A stretch of 60,067 bases of DNA, from the IMG/VR virus record IMGVR_UViG_3300034523_000297, positions 1-60,067 of that record; one strand, written 5' to 3'. Both the position numbers and the translations under genes were made by a program. The DNA comes from a virus. Taxonomy: Duplodnaviria; Caudoviricetes. The notes beneath the pieces were generated by a model that searched no databases, was not told the origin of the DNA, and saw nothing but the letters and a program-made list of their open reading frames with translations. Below are positions 18,086 to 27,167 of the stretch, piece by piece; within the stretch, counting starts at the first letter, position 1; each line of letters begins with the position of its first letter.

Positions 18086-18279
18086 TCACCACGCTGCTTA
18101 CGCACGCGTGCGACGAGACGCGCATCGCCTTCGGCGGCGACACGATTGAGAACGTCAGGGTTCAGATAGGCAGGACGCTTACCGCTCGGACGGCGTTCGC
18201 CGCGAGGGTTATGGGCACCGCTCTGATAGGACATGATCACAGCTATTCTCCCTGCCATGCTTGGCAGTCGTTGAGTCAT
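18082..18279 (-). CDS. Small protein, candidate antitoxin
   Basis: Overlaps the toxin start (ATGA coupling). Confidence 0.45.
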   Translation of the reverse strand: MTQRLPSMAGRIAVIMSYQSGAHNPRGERRPSGKRPAYLNPDVLNRVAAEGDARLVARVRKQRGE

Positions 18280-18412
18280 TAGTCAAATTTGATCAACCTG
18301 ACCTAATGATACTCAACGCTGAGCGACTATTCCACTTTTAGTGGAATACCACCTTGATGGACCATGGCCTGATTCCTATCAGGCGTCATTTCTCGCATCC
18401 GCCAAAGGAAGC

Positions 18413-18574
18413 TCATCTGGTAAGCGACTGCAGCCCTAACGCCTCTTCCAGGCGCGAAAGCCGACGCTCCAGCAGCTCATCTGCCCTGCGCTTCTCCTCG
18501 ATCATCGCTTCAGGCGAAAGCGGGGTATCACCCCGGGTCATATCCTGCTCACTCTCATCCTGTTGCTCTGCCAT
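18413..18574 (-). CDS. 53-aa hypothetical protein (not in the ORF track)
   Basis: Own translation: MAEQQDESEQDMTRGDTPLSPEAMIEEKRRADELLERRLSRLEEALGLQSLTR. Confidence 0.5.
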   Translation of the reverse strand: MAEQQDESEQDMTRGDTPLSPEAMIEEKRRADELLERRLSRLEEALGLQSLTR

Positions 18575-18739
18575 GTTTACGCCCCTGTTTTCTGTAGGTG
18601 ACTTAAGCTCACCGAGCTGGATGGAATCCCAGTAGCCGTTGACCTAGGCGCCGTAGTAGCGTTTCGCCTCCCATCACCCGCTCCGGTCCACTGCCGGCAA
18701 GCCTATGGACCTGGGCGATTATGACCTTGGAGGTCAACT

Positions 18740-18991
18740 ATGGCAGAGCCAATAACCCAGCAGACCTTGATCGATACGCTGGAGCTATTCAGCAAGCATG
18801 CGAATGATGAAATCGATCGCGGGCAGCTTTTGAATGCCGTGAACTACCGCGCCGCCCAGATACTATCCGAACGACACCTCATTGGTTTCCGATTCACGAA
18901 AATGGTGACTGGGAGGTACGTAGCGCGCAAAAAAGGTCCAGTGCTCACTCCGCTGGGAGAAAAGGAACTAGAGAACATTCGCTCGAGATAG
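18740..18991 (+). CDS. Hypothetical moron protein
   Basis: Strong GGAGG RBS; 83 aa. Confidence 0.6.
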   Translation: MAEPITQQTLIDTLELFSKHANDEIDRGQLLNAVNYRAAQILSERHLIGFRFTKMVTGRYVARKKGPVLTPLGEKELENIRSR

Positions 18992-18997
18992 CGTTCG

Positions 18998-19273
18998 CTA
19001 CACCTGCGTCGCGCTGTTGCTAGCACGGCGCAGTTCTTCGCCCAACCCTTCCATGTCGAGCCACAGCTTGGTTATCTCGCCCTGCAATCTGCCGGCTAGG
19101 CCACTAAGTTCAGAGCCTTCAGAGGTATCCCAGAAGCCATCCTTGAGCATTTCTGACATGGCGATTACGCCGCGTTCAAGCTCTTTTAGCCTGGCCAGGT
19201 CTTCCTCTTCGCTTTGAGTTGTCGGCGATGGAAGCTTAGGCAACACAGCGGGAAATGGTTGATTTCCAGTCAT
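18998..19273 (-). CDS. Hypothetical protein
   Basis: GAGG RBS; 91 aa. Confidence 0.5.
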   Translation of the reverse strand: MTGNQPFPAVLPKLPSPTTQSEEEDLARLKELERGVIAMSEMLKDGFWDTSEGSELSGLAGRLQGEITKLWLDMEGLGEELRRASNSATQV

Positions 19274-19287
19274 ACTAGATCCTCTGT

Positions 19288-19611
19288 TTAGTCCTCGTCT
19301 TCCGCAAGTGCGGCCTCATCCAAGGCGAATATCACCTCGTCGACGAGCCGCCTGGGCAAGGGCAACGGGTGCACCTCAAGCCAGTCAGTGATCTCCCGCG
19401 CAGATAGCCTCAGCGGCTGTACTGCTGCTGCGCCCACCAGGTAGCGCCGGCCGCGCGCCGCATTTCGGAACGCGTTTAGCAGGCTGCCGGTGATCACATC
19501 CAGTTCCGGCTCATCCGGTACCGCGATTCGCAGCTTCTGGTAGATTAGGCTTCGCTTTTCGGTTCGCTGGCCCCAGGTTCGCTCCCATTGGAAGCGCTCG
19601 ACTGCTTTCCC
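19288..19611 (-). CDS. Tail assembly chaperone GT extension (-1 frameshift product)
   Basis: The -1 frame is open from GGGAAAG (19611-19605): AVERFQWERTWGQ...DVITGSLL...DED. Confidence 0.8.
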   Translation of the reverse strand, partial: GKAVERFQWERTWGQRTEKRSLIYQKLRIAVPDEPELDVITGSLLNAFRNAARGRRYLVGAAAVQPLRLSAREITDWLEVHPLPLPRRLVDEVIFALDEAALAEDED

Positions 19612-20018
19612 TTGATGTCGTCCTGCTCCTTCTTGTTGTCAGCGGCAATGGCGGCAGCCCGCCTGATGGCGAATAGGAAAAAGTCGATATCACCGCGCAG
19701 CATATCTGCGCCAACAGTTTCGCTGTAGGCCAGCGGCTTGCCCTTCTCGTCCTGGGCGCCCTGCCAATCTCGGACGATGAACTGGGCCAGCAACATGCAG
19801 TGGTTGTCGTGCTCGGTCTTCTCCCCCTCGATCACGCCAACGCTACCTTCGCCGAACTGGGCGTCATTTCGGGCCAGGCGACGGCGCATACGCTCAAGGG
19901 CAACCTGGTACTGCTCGTTGTCCAGCGGCATCAGCAGGACCTTGGTGTCAGAATCGTATTCTTCCCAGCGCGCCTCTGCGCTCTTGGTGGTGCCGACCTT
20001 CTTCAGCTTGAGAGCCAT
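19545..20018 (-). CDS. Tail assembly chaperone (gpG-like)
   Basis: Downstream of the tail tube gene; slippery site near its 3' end. Confidence 0.85.
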   Translation of the reverse strand: MALKLKKVGTTKSAEARWEEYDSDTKVLLMPLDNEQYQVALERMRRRLARNDAQFGEGSVGVIEGEKTEHDNHCMLLAQFIVRDWQGAQDEKGKPLAYSETVGADMLRGDIDFFLFAIRRAAAIAADNKKEQDDIKGKQSSASNGSEPGASEPKSEA

Positions 20019-20093
20019 GAATCATCCTCACGCCACGCCATAAAAGGGCCGCCCCGGGCGGCGTTATCCCGGGACGGTCAAAGGTTATGCTGG

Positions 20094-21257
20094 TTACGCG
20101 GTGACCGTGATCGCCGAAGTCGCGGTTTTGGTCGGGTCCGACACGCTAGTGGCGGTGATGACTGCCGAGCCAGCAGCAACGCCGGTGACCAGGCCAGACG
20201 AGTTGACAGTGGCAATCGACGGGTCCGAGCTGCCCCAGGTAACTTCCTGAGAAGCGCCAGATGGCAGCGCAGATGCTGACAACTGGCGGGTCGCGGCTAC
20301 TGCAATCGAAGCGGTAGACGGGGTGACTGACACGCTGGTGACGGGCACGAACGGCACGCGGGTGATGGTCGGGGCCTGCTTGGCAACGGTCCAGTTCAAG
20401 GTCACTTCGATCAGGTCACGCTTACCACCATTCGGCAGATCGCCATCGACCTCAATCGCCGGGAAGGACAGCTCATAGCGGTTGCCCAGGCTATCAGTGA
20501 TCGGGAACTCGGCCGCGATAGTTTTCCGGGTGAACGTGTTCTTCCAGATTTGCCAGGCGCGGCTCGACCAGGCCAGGGTGATGGTGCCGGTGATGGCTGC
20601 CTCAGTCGCGATCTGCGCCCCCGGCCCGAGCTTGCCGCTGCCAATGCAGCGCTGCGCCTGGAGGCTGTTGTCCAGATTTACGGTAAGCGCCGAAACGCAC
20701 GCCACACCTTCCAGGCTCTGCCCGTCGACCGAGATGCTACCAATGTTCAAATTGCTCATGAACGGCGTGGTTGTAGGCGGGCTTATGGTGCCTACGGTAT
20801 TGGTGTCGCCGTCGGCATAGTCCAGGCCAGCCATGGTGAAGGTGGCGGTGATCTTGCCGTCGGACGGGATGTCCAGGGCGAAGACCGAAACGTGCATGCC
20901 GCGGAACAAGGTGTACACGCTCACGTCGTTGAAGTTTTTCGCGACACTGAATGTCCGTCGAGTGCTGCCTACGGTCAGAACGTCATCAGTCCAGGTTCCG
21001 TAGAAGGCCGCCTCCAGCAGCTTATCGAAGGTGCCATAGGACAGCTCGCCAACCAGATCGCCTTGAATATTGGCGCTGGATACGACCGAACCCTGGCTGA
21101 TCCGTGAATCGGTGATCTCATCACTAACCTGAGTGCTCACTGTCGGCGACAGGGTGTTACCGGTTAGGCGCAAGGTATCCCAGGCCCCAGTGGCTGGGGT
21201 TACACCCGGAGAGAGCTCAGTGATCATGTAACTTGTGACTTGGGCGCCGCTGCTCAT
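20094..21257 (-). CDS. Major tail tube protein with C-terminal Ig-like (Big_2) domain
   Basis: MSSGA start typical of the tube family; VTSVSVTP...VTWGSSDPSIATV Ig motif. Confidence 0.92.
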   Translation of the reverse strand: MSSGAQVTSYMITELSPGVTPATGAWDTLRLTGNTLSPTVSTQVSDEITDSRISQGSVVSSANIQGDLVGELSYGTFDKLLEAAFYGTWTDDVLTVGSTRRTFSVAKNFNDVSVYTLFRGMHVSVFALDIPSDGKITATFTMAGLDYADGDTNTVGTISPPTTTPFMSNLNIGSISVDGQSLEGVACVSALTVNLDNSLQAQRCIGSGKLGPGAQIATEAAITGTITLAWSSRAWQIWKNTFTRKTIAAEFPITDSLGNRYELSFPAIEVDGDLPNGGKRDLIEVTLNWTVAKQAPTITRVPFVPVTSVSVTPSTASIAVAATRQLSASALPSGASQEVTWGSSDPSIATVNSSGLVTGVAAGSAVITATSVSDPTKTATSAITVTA

Positions 21258-21323
21258 GGGTTATCTCCGTTCTGCGGGCATAAAAAAACCCGCTCGCGGC
21301 GGGTGGGGTCATGGTCTTTCTGG

Positions 21324-21746
21324 TCAGCCGGCGCGGAACCGGACGTTTACGTTGTATTGGCGGAAGCCTTCCAACTCGTCAGCGTCAACAACACCAGTTT
21401 CGATGCACTCGAGCCCTCCTGAGCTCCAGTACGAGAAATGCGCCTCCAGGGCGTCAGCTAGTGCATTCAGACCCTTAATCCCGGTCTGCTCCCGGGCAAA
21501 GCACTGGACGACGATCATGCCAGGCTTCCGTGTGTGCGGGCGATCAGCCATACCGGCCATGAATGGCGTTGCATAGGCTATGTTCAGCCGGCACCAAAGA
21601 CCTGATGCGGGGGGCTTGAAAGTCCCTGAGGTGTCCTTGTCTTTGGCTTGAAACTGGGCGTTTGGGTAGTAAATCCTGTCCTGCTCGATGCCCGGAAAGG
21701 CCCTCATGCGCAGGATTATTGCGTCGTAGATTTCACTGTAAGTCAT
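21324..21746 (-). CDS. Tail terminator-like protein
   Basis: Position before the tube gene; YPN...W.R pattern. Confidence 0.75.
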   Translation of the reverse strand: MTYSEIYDAIILRMRAFPGIEQDRIYYPNAQFQAKDKDTSGTFKPPASGLWCRLNIAYATPFMAGMADRPHTRKPGMIVVQCFAREQTGIKGLNALADALEAHFSYWSSGGLECIETGVVDADELEGFRQYNVNVRFRAG

Positions 21747-22126
21747 GATGCATACGCCGCCGCTACGCTGGTAAAGGCAAGCCCAAATACACCGCTTGGA
21801 GCCTGCTTAGAGTGGCCATTTTCAAGGCGCTCGGCATATGCCAAGTTATTTTGCAGAAAGACCAGGCTGTATGGCTTCAACCCTTCCAGGATCGTTTGGC
21901 CGGCTGCCAAGGTCGCCCCGCCGCCTTTGTCCGTCTTGTCGACGGTGGCGAACACCGGAGAGCCGATGCTAACTATGGTGTTTCCACGAAAACGCCCGGT
22001 ATCTACCGGAGATCTGAGAACAATCTCCCCAAGAATCGCCATGGCAATGATTCGAGTCTGCCTGGCCAGGTCGCTCTCGATCTGATCCATGAAGGCTGTT
22101 GGCGACATCGACCAGCCGGCCATCAC
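21743..22126 (-). CDS. HK97 gp10-like neck/tail completion protein
   Basis: SPVDTGRFR and NNLAYAERLENGHSKQAP motifs. Confidence 0.85.
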   Translation of the reverse strand: MMAGWSMSPTAFMDQIESDLARQTRIIAMAILGEIVLRSPVDTGRFRGNTIVSIGSPVFATVDKTDKGGGATLAAGQTILEGLKPYSLVFLQNNLAYAERLENGHSKQAPSGVFGLAFTSVAAAYAS

Positions 22127-22509
22127 AACCTCCTGAGCTGAAGGCGGTATGTGGCCGATGCTGGGTCAGCCCGGGCGGTCTTGACTTCGTAGGTGAGCTG
22201 CTTCGCACGATCCATCAGGTCAGGCGCGATTACCTTGTGGCCAACATCAGGCACATCGGTTATCTCATTGGCGAGGACCGTCAGGCGGAGATCGCCGACC
22301 AAGATGTTGATGTTGTCGATCCGCCGATCCTCGTAGCGAGACAGCACGCCACGGCCCGTATAGGTCACTGGCTGCGCCGTGCTGACCTCCTCGACCGGAT
22401 CCCAATCGCCAGACCCCATATACTCGCCCGTGAAGTTCACGACCGCATCAGCCAAGTCCGTGTTGAAAGCTTCAGCCAGGTCAGCCTGCAGTTCATCGCG
22501 AAGTCCCAT
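22123..22509 (-). CDS. Head closure / head-tail joining protein
   Basis: Size and position in the neck module. Confidence 0.7.
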   Translation of the reverse strand: MGLRDELQADLAEAFNTDLADAVVNFTGEYMGSGDWDPVEEVSTAQPVTYTGRGVLSRYEDRRIDNINILVGDLRLTVLANEITDVPDVGHKVIAPDLMDRAKQLTYEVKTARADPASATYRLQLRRL

Positions 22510-22510
22510 A

Positions 22511-22882
22511 TCAGCCCCTCACGATTTTGGTCTGGCCGCTGCTGTTCAGGTAATGCGCCAGCAGAGCCAGGGCGAACGATTCGCCTGCGCTGATGGTGCG
22601 GGAGGATTCCGAATAGGTTTTGCTGCTGGAAACCCCGTCAGCGTTGACCGACTTGGCCAGCACACCGGTTTCCTTCCTGCCGTAGATGTTGCCCGCCGCA
22701 GCCTCCCGGGCGATCTCGGCGCCTGCCTGAATCACGTCATCCGGAACCGGATCGAACTCAGGAAGGCCGAGATTGGTGAGCCAGGTATTGGCCATCAGCA
22801 CCGCCCGGGCCTTCTGGTCGTCTGGCGCCCAGGCAGGCCCAAGCAGGGCGTCTACCTGCTCGACGGTGATGTAGATGGTCAT
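22511..22882 (-). CDS. Head-tail adaptor protein
   Basis: YITVEQVD start; position after the capsid gene. Confidence 0.7.
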   Translation of the reverse strand: MTIYITVEQVDALLGPAWAPDDQKARAVLMANTWLTNLGLPEFDPVPDDVIQAGAEIAREAAAGNIYGRKETGVLAKSVNADGVSSSKTYSESSRTISAGESFALALLAHYLNSSGQTKIVRG

Positions 22883-23208
22883 TACGCGGCCTCGTCCAGC
22901 AGCTTCTGCAGGTCTTCCAGGGTGACGGCGGCAGCGAAGTCGACGCCTTTTTCGGTCAGCTTGGCCTTCAGGTCGTCAGCCTTGGCAGCGTCATCGAGCA
23001 GCTTCTGAAGCTCAGGCTTCTTGGCCTTTTCATCGAACTGAATGCCCTTGGCGGTCAGCGCGGCGCGGATATCGTCGATGGTCGGGGCCTTCTTGGGCTT
23101 CTCGGCCTCGTCCAGCACCTCATGGAAGTCCGGATTGAAGTCTTCCTCGTTGATGTGCACGAAGTCGCCCTGCCCTTCGCCCCACGGCTTCACCTTGATC
23201 AATTTCAT
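22882..23208 (-). CDS. Small virion-associated protein with two HeH/LEM-like repeats
   Basis: Repeated LTxKGxxF...LQKLLD. Confidence 0.65.
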   Translation of the reverse strand: MKLIKVKPWGEGQGDFVHINEEDFNPDFHEVLDEAEKPKKAPTIDDIRAALTAKGIQFDEKAKKPELQKLLDDAAKADDLKAKLTEKGVDFAAAVTLEDLQKLLDEAA

Positions 23209-23256
23209 GCGCTTCTCCAGCGAAAGTTAGGGGCCCGAAGGCCCCGGGCAGGTTGA

Positions 23257-24411
23257 TCAACCCAGCAGGGTCGCAATGTGCTCGGACTTGACCGCCTTGG
23301 TGCCCCAGGCCAGCGACACTTCGTATTGCATCTGGCGATACTGGGCGTACATCGCTACCTCGAAGGTCAGACCGCTGACAGGGTCAGTGACCAACATGCG
23401 GTCGATAGCCGAGTCCCCCTGAGGCGGCAGAGCCGGTGCTCGGGTAGCCAGCGCGATCGCCGAGCGGGCGAATGCCGCGCTACGGGTGCTGGCAGACACG
23501 ACGGTCAGCGCAGTGGCGGCGGCCGGGATGGCTTTGCGCAGGCCCGGAGCGGCCAGGGTGATGGTGCCACCGTTGGAAACATCGGCATCGCCGGCAGCGA
23601 CGACGTATTTGTTGCTGTCGCCGGCGAAGGTGATGATGTCGCCAGCCAGAACGCCACCGGTACCGGCCGAAGCCAGAACGATGGCGGTAGCACCAACGGC
23701 GTAGCCGGCAGTGTTGGTGGTCGCGGCGGCAGCGCTGCCGATGATCGGGGTCTTGACCTGGGCCGACTCGCGGATAGCGAAGCCGTGCACATCCAGCAGC
23801 ACGCCGCGGCGCAGCAGACTGTCGTCGTTGGCTTCGTTCGCCTTCGACAGTTGGGTCAGGGTCCGCATGTTCGCGCCAGCGGAGGTGTCGATCACCATCT
23901 GGAGGTCGCCAAGCGGTGCACCGTTGTCGGAGAGGATGCGACGCAGCTGGGCGCTGTCAGCCAGGTTGCTGGCAAACGGGGAGGTACCAGCAGTGCCGTA
24001 GGCGCGGGAGGCATTGATGGCCACCGCTGCCAGGTCAGCCTCGACCTCGTTGACCAGAGTGCGCATGCCCTGTGCCATCTGATCGCGCAGGATAACGTTG
24101 AACGAAGCGCCGTTGTTGTCCAGCCCCAGTTTTTCCTCGCCATTCCAGCGAATCGGCACGCGGCGTGCCTTGTTGATGGTCATCGACACGGCGCCGACGT
24201 TCTGGTCGCCGTCGTTTGGCGGGGTAACCGCCGGGGTGATGTCGGTGGCGGTCGCGCCATTGGTTACCGGCGAGGTAACGGTCTGGCCGACAGCGGCACG
24301 GGCGAAAGTCATGTCCGAGGACACGGCCGGGATGAAGCCAACCAGCTCACGCGACACGACATCAAGCGCGTTGTAAATGGTTGGGACCAGGCCAGTAAGG
24401 GTGTTAGCCAT
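23257..24411 (-). CDS. Major capsid protein (P22 coat-like)
   Basis: 384 aa, MANTLT start, directly after the scaffold gene. Confidence 0.9.
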   Translation of the reverse strand: MANTLTGLVPTIYNALDVVSRELVGFIPAVSSDMTFARAAVGQTVTSPVTNGATATDITPAVTPPNDGDQNVGAVSMTINKARRVPIRWNGEEKLGLDNNGASFNVILRDQMAQGMRTLVNEVEADLAAVAINASRAYGTAGTSPFASNLADSAQLRRILSDNGAPLGDLQMVIDTSAGANMRTLTQLSKANEANDDSLLRRGVLLDVHGFAIRESAQVKTPIIGSAAAATTNTAGYAVGATAIVLASAGTGGVLAGDIITFAGDSNKYVVAAGDADVSNGGTITLAAPGLRKAIPAAATALTVVSASTRSAAFARSAIALATRAPALPPQGDSAIDRMLVTDPVSGLTFEVAMYAQYRQMQYEVSLAWGTKAVKSEHIATLLG

Positions 24412-24513
24412 TTGGATCTCCTAAGGATCGGCGTTTGGGTTTTGTGAAGACGGGTCATCCGACCCAAGCACCGACCCCTATCCAGGGGCGCGGCATAGAC
24501 TGCTTGCCAGCGG

Positions 24514-25305
24514 CTACTCGGTAACGGTGCCGCCCGAACCGACGAAGGTGGACTTCTCGGCCGGATTCATCTGGTCGAACTGCTGGCGGGTGACGGACTT
24601 CTTACCGCCTTGACCATTGCCGCCACCGTGCTGTGAACCACCGCCATTAGCGCCCGAGCTTTTCAGGATGTAGTCCTTATGCGGGTAGCGCTCGACGAGG
24701 GTTTCCAGCGCCTCGTCGAAGTCTGCGAGCTCGCCTGCGCGAACCCGGGAGAAAATCTTGTTGCCGTCGTCGCCATAGGCCACGACCTTGCCGTCCTCGA
24801 CCTTGAAAGCCTTGCCGAAGTGCGACTCCACCATGTCGGCTGGGATGGCGAACTTCTCGCTGATGAGCTTGGAGCCCTTGAACGAGCCACCGATGAGCAG
24901 GTTGTGGATGGTCTGGTCGCGTTGGGCCAGACCTTGCTGAGCCTTGGCGAGCTCTTCAGTGTGCGTCTTGCTGGCAGCAGCCACCTGGTCCTGAGCAGCC
25001 TTCTGGGCAGCGGCCTTGATCTCTTCAACCTTACCGGCGGCGATGAGCTTACCTTCGTCAATGTTCTTGATGGTCTCCAGCGCCTTTCGGGCTGCTTCGC
25101 CATCCTCGATCCCGTCAAAGAGCTTCAGCTTTGCCTCTGCGGCCTCGGCACGCTCTCGGTGGGACTTTGCCTCGCCATTCAGGCGGGAGATAGTCCCGGC
25201 AGTGCCGGCCGCATCGAAGGGCAACTCCTTGCCGTCGTCGTAGATGTAGACAGGTTTACCGTCTTGAAGCACCGCATGGCCTTGGTCGTCGAGTTTCAGT
25301 TTCAT
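24514..25305 (-). CDS. Capsid scaffolding protein
   Basis: MKLKLDD...GKPVY start, coiled coil, Gly-rich tail; upstream of the capsid gene. Confidence 0.8.
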   Translation of the reverse strand: MKLKLDDQGHAVLQDGKPVYIYDDGKELPFDAAGTAGTISRLNGEAKSHRERAEAAEAKLKLFDGIEDGEAARKALETIKNIDEGKLIAAGKVEEIKAAAQKAAQDQVAAASKTHTEELAKAQQGLAQRDQTIHNLLIGGSFKGSKLISEKFAIPADMVESHFGKAFKVEDGKVVAYGDDGNKIFSRVRAGELADFDEALETLVERYPHKDYILKSSGANGGGSQHGGGNGQGGKKSVTRQQFDQMNPAEKSTFVGSGGTVTE

Positions 25306-25419
25306 ATCGGTCTCCGGGCGTCCGCCCATCACAGGCCATCCGGCCTAATTGCGCCCCGTCCATCCGAACCGCAGGCAAAAAAAACCCCAGCGGAGGCTGG
25401 GGATGTGTAGTCGGGACAA

Positions 25420-26046
25420 TCAGAATGGAAGTTCGTCATCTGGTATGAGGCGCTTTTCAAATGCGGTTGCAGCTTCTTCCAGAAGATCGATCGTCCACTT
25501 GTGAAAATCGAATTTGTGTACGGAGATGCCAGTCACAACCTCAAAATAGAGCCCTTCCAGGCTTTTCAATCCGAGATTGTTAACAATGTCCACAATCTGC
25601 TCCAGTTCGTGCCCACTCCAGTCCAGTTCGAAAGAATCGCCCGGGTCAAGCTTGCAAGGAAACTTTCCTTTGCTCTTGTCCGAAAGGTTGTGTCTCAGGG
25701 ATCTGTGCTTCTTACCGTGGCATATCCGAACGTCTTTGACTGCGCACGCCCTCAACCCACTACAGCCAACTCTCAGCGTCAGCCAAGCGAGGTCCTGTTC
25801 CTGGACTAACATCAATTGCTCGCTATCACGCGCCAGCTGAAAGCGCTCACTACGCTTGACCATATACAGGCTGGCGATCACAGCAAGCAGCGCACCAACC
25901 CCTGAAACCCAATCTCCCACGCTACCCCAGTCGGGCACGAACTTAACCGTTGACTGTGGGTTCAGATTAATTCCGGCCGTCAGACCTGCCAGCGCGGACA
26001 AGGCTGCAACCACCAGGACTGCAGCAACTACAGCGACAACCTTCAT
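25420..26046 (-). CDS. Membrane-anchored moron protein
   Basis: Two N-terminal hydrophobic segments; atypical composition; inserted in the head module. Confidence 0.6.
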   Translation of the reverse strand: MKVVAVVAAVLVVAALSALAGLTAGINLNPQSTVKFVPDWGSVGDWVSGVGALLAVIASLYMVKRSERFQLARDSEQLMLVQEQDLAWLTLRVGCSGLRACAVKDVRICHGKKHRSLRHNLSDKSKGKFPCKLDPGDSFELDWSGHELEQIVDIVNNLGLKSLEGLYFEVVTGISVHKFDFHKWTIDLLEEAATAFEKRLIPDDELPF

Positions 26047-26078
26047 CGAAATCTACCTGCGCCGAGAAAAGCCGCGGA

Positions 26079-27167
26079 TTATAGGGCAGCAGTCACTCGA
26101 CTGCGCAGCTCTTCAAGGCTCAAGAATTTCCCCTTGTCGTTGTAGAAGTCCTGCAGTTTTAGCTTGCCCCGGCGTAGCAGCCTCCCGCGCTCTGGCCCGA
26201 GGATCTCGTCCTGGCGGGCTGCAGACTGGCGAGAAAGCCATTGTGCGTACGTGGTCTGCTGCGGTACCTGGCCGTCCATGCTCGCCCGGGTCGCCGCGTC
26301 ACTGATCCCCAGCGCCAGGGCGCTCTTGAGGATCGGCAGCTTGGTCGACCGGCAGCAGAAGTGAATACGGCCAGGGCCAGCGAGCCAAGGCACCTTGTGC
26401 CCGATTGGCCGGTAGGTGCCCAGCGTGTACGGCAGGCGGTCACGGATTCGGCACGTCGTCGATGTCCGGTTATCCAGCGTGCTCAGCCATTCAACGTGGC
26501 TGATGATGTCACTGTTGGCTTCGAACGCCTTGTCGCTGGCCGTTTCCGCCGTGCTGGACACCGCTGAGCGGACAACCGCCTCCACCTCCCGGCGAGACCT
26601 CTGCAGGATGCCGTCAGCGTACTTCTCCGCCTTGGTACCCATGATCTGCCGGACGATCTCCGGCGTCGTGCGGCCTTCAATCACTCCAGACCGCACCGCA
26701 TTGCGGATGGACGCAGCGCGGTCAGCTTCAATGCCGGCCATCCACTCGCTTAGTAGCCGCCCCTGGAACGGCCTTGCCAGCGCAATGGCGCGTACCTGAC
26801 TGAACTGAGCCGCGGCAACGGGGAATCTCGCCTGCACAAGCTCAGGAACAGCCGCTGTAAGCGCGGCAGCCTGGAACGCGATCTCGTAGCTTGCTACGCC
26901 GTCGATGACGCCTGTGAGCGCCTGCTGCAGGCTAAAGAACGTCGATTGGTTGACCCGCAGCACGGGCGCCAGGGCAGCATCGATCGCGGCAACGGACGCA
27001 CCGGCGTCCAGGCTGTCGATGGCAGCAATGAGCGCTTCCCTCAGCTCAGGGTCAGAACTGTTCAGGATCCTGATGATCGCCACGACCTGGCTGTTGCTCA
27101 GCCTGGACAGGTCAACCTCATGGCCGATCAGCTCGTCCAGCAGCTTCTCGTTGGCCGTCTTCATCAC
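26079..27167 (-). CDS. Minor head morphogenesis protein (SPP1 gp7 / Mu F-like)
   Basis: WLSTLDNRTSTTC and HFCCRS motifs. Confidence 0.9.
   Translation of the reverse strand: MMKTANEKLLDELIGHEVDLSRLSNSQVVAIIRILNSSDPELREALIAAIDSLDAGASVAAIDAALAPVLRVNQSTFFSLQQALTGVIDGVASYEIAFQAAALTAAVPELVQARFPVAAAQFSQVRAIALARPFQGRLLSEWMAGIEADRAASIRNAVRSGVIEGRTTPEIVRQIMGTKAEKYADGILQRSRREVEAVVRSAVSSTAETASDKAFEANSDIISHVEWLSTLDNRTSTTCRIRDRLPYTLGTYRPIGHKVPWLAGPGRIHFCCRSTKLPILKSALALGISDAATRASMDGQVPQQTTYAQWLSRQSAARQDEILGPERGRLLRRGKLKLQDFYNDKGKFLSLEELRSRVTAAL

Noticed and set aside
23278-24447. Long plus-strand ORFs opposite structural genes (also 5297..6433, 27416..28594, 6497..7468)
   Set aside because: Antisense shadows of high-GC coding genes with no recognisable motifs
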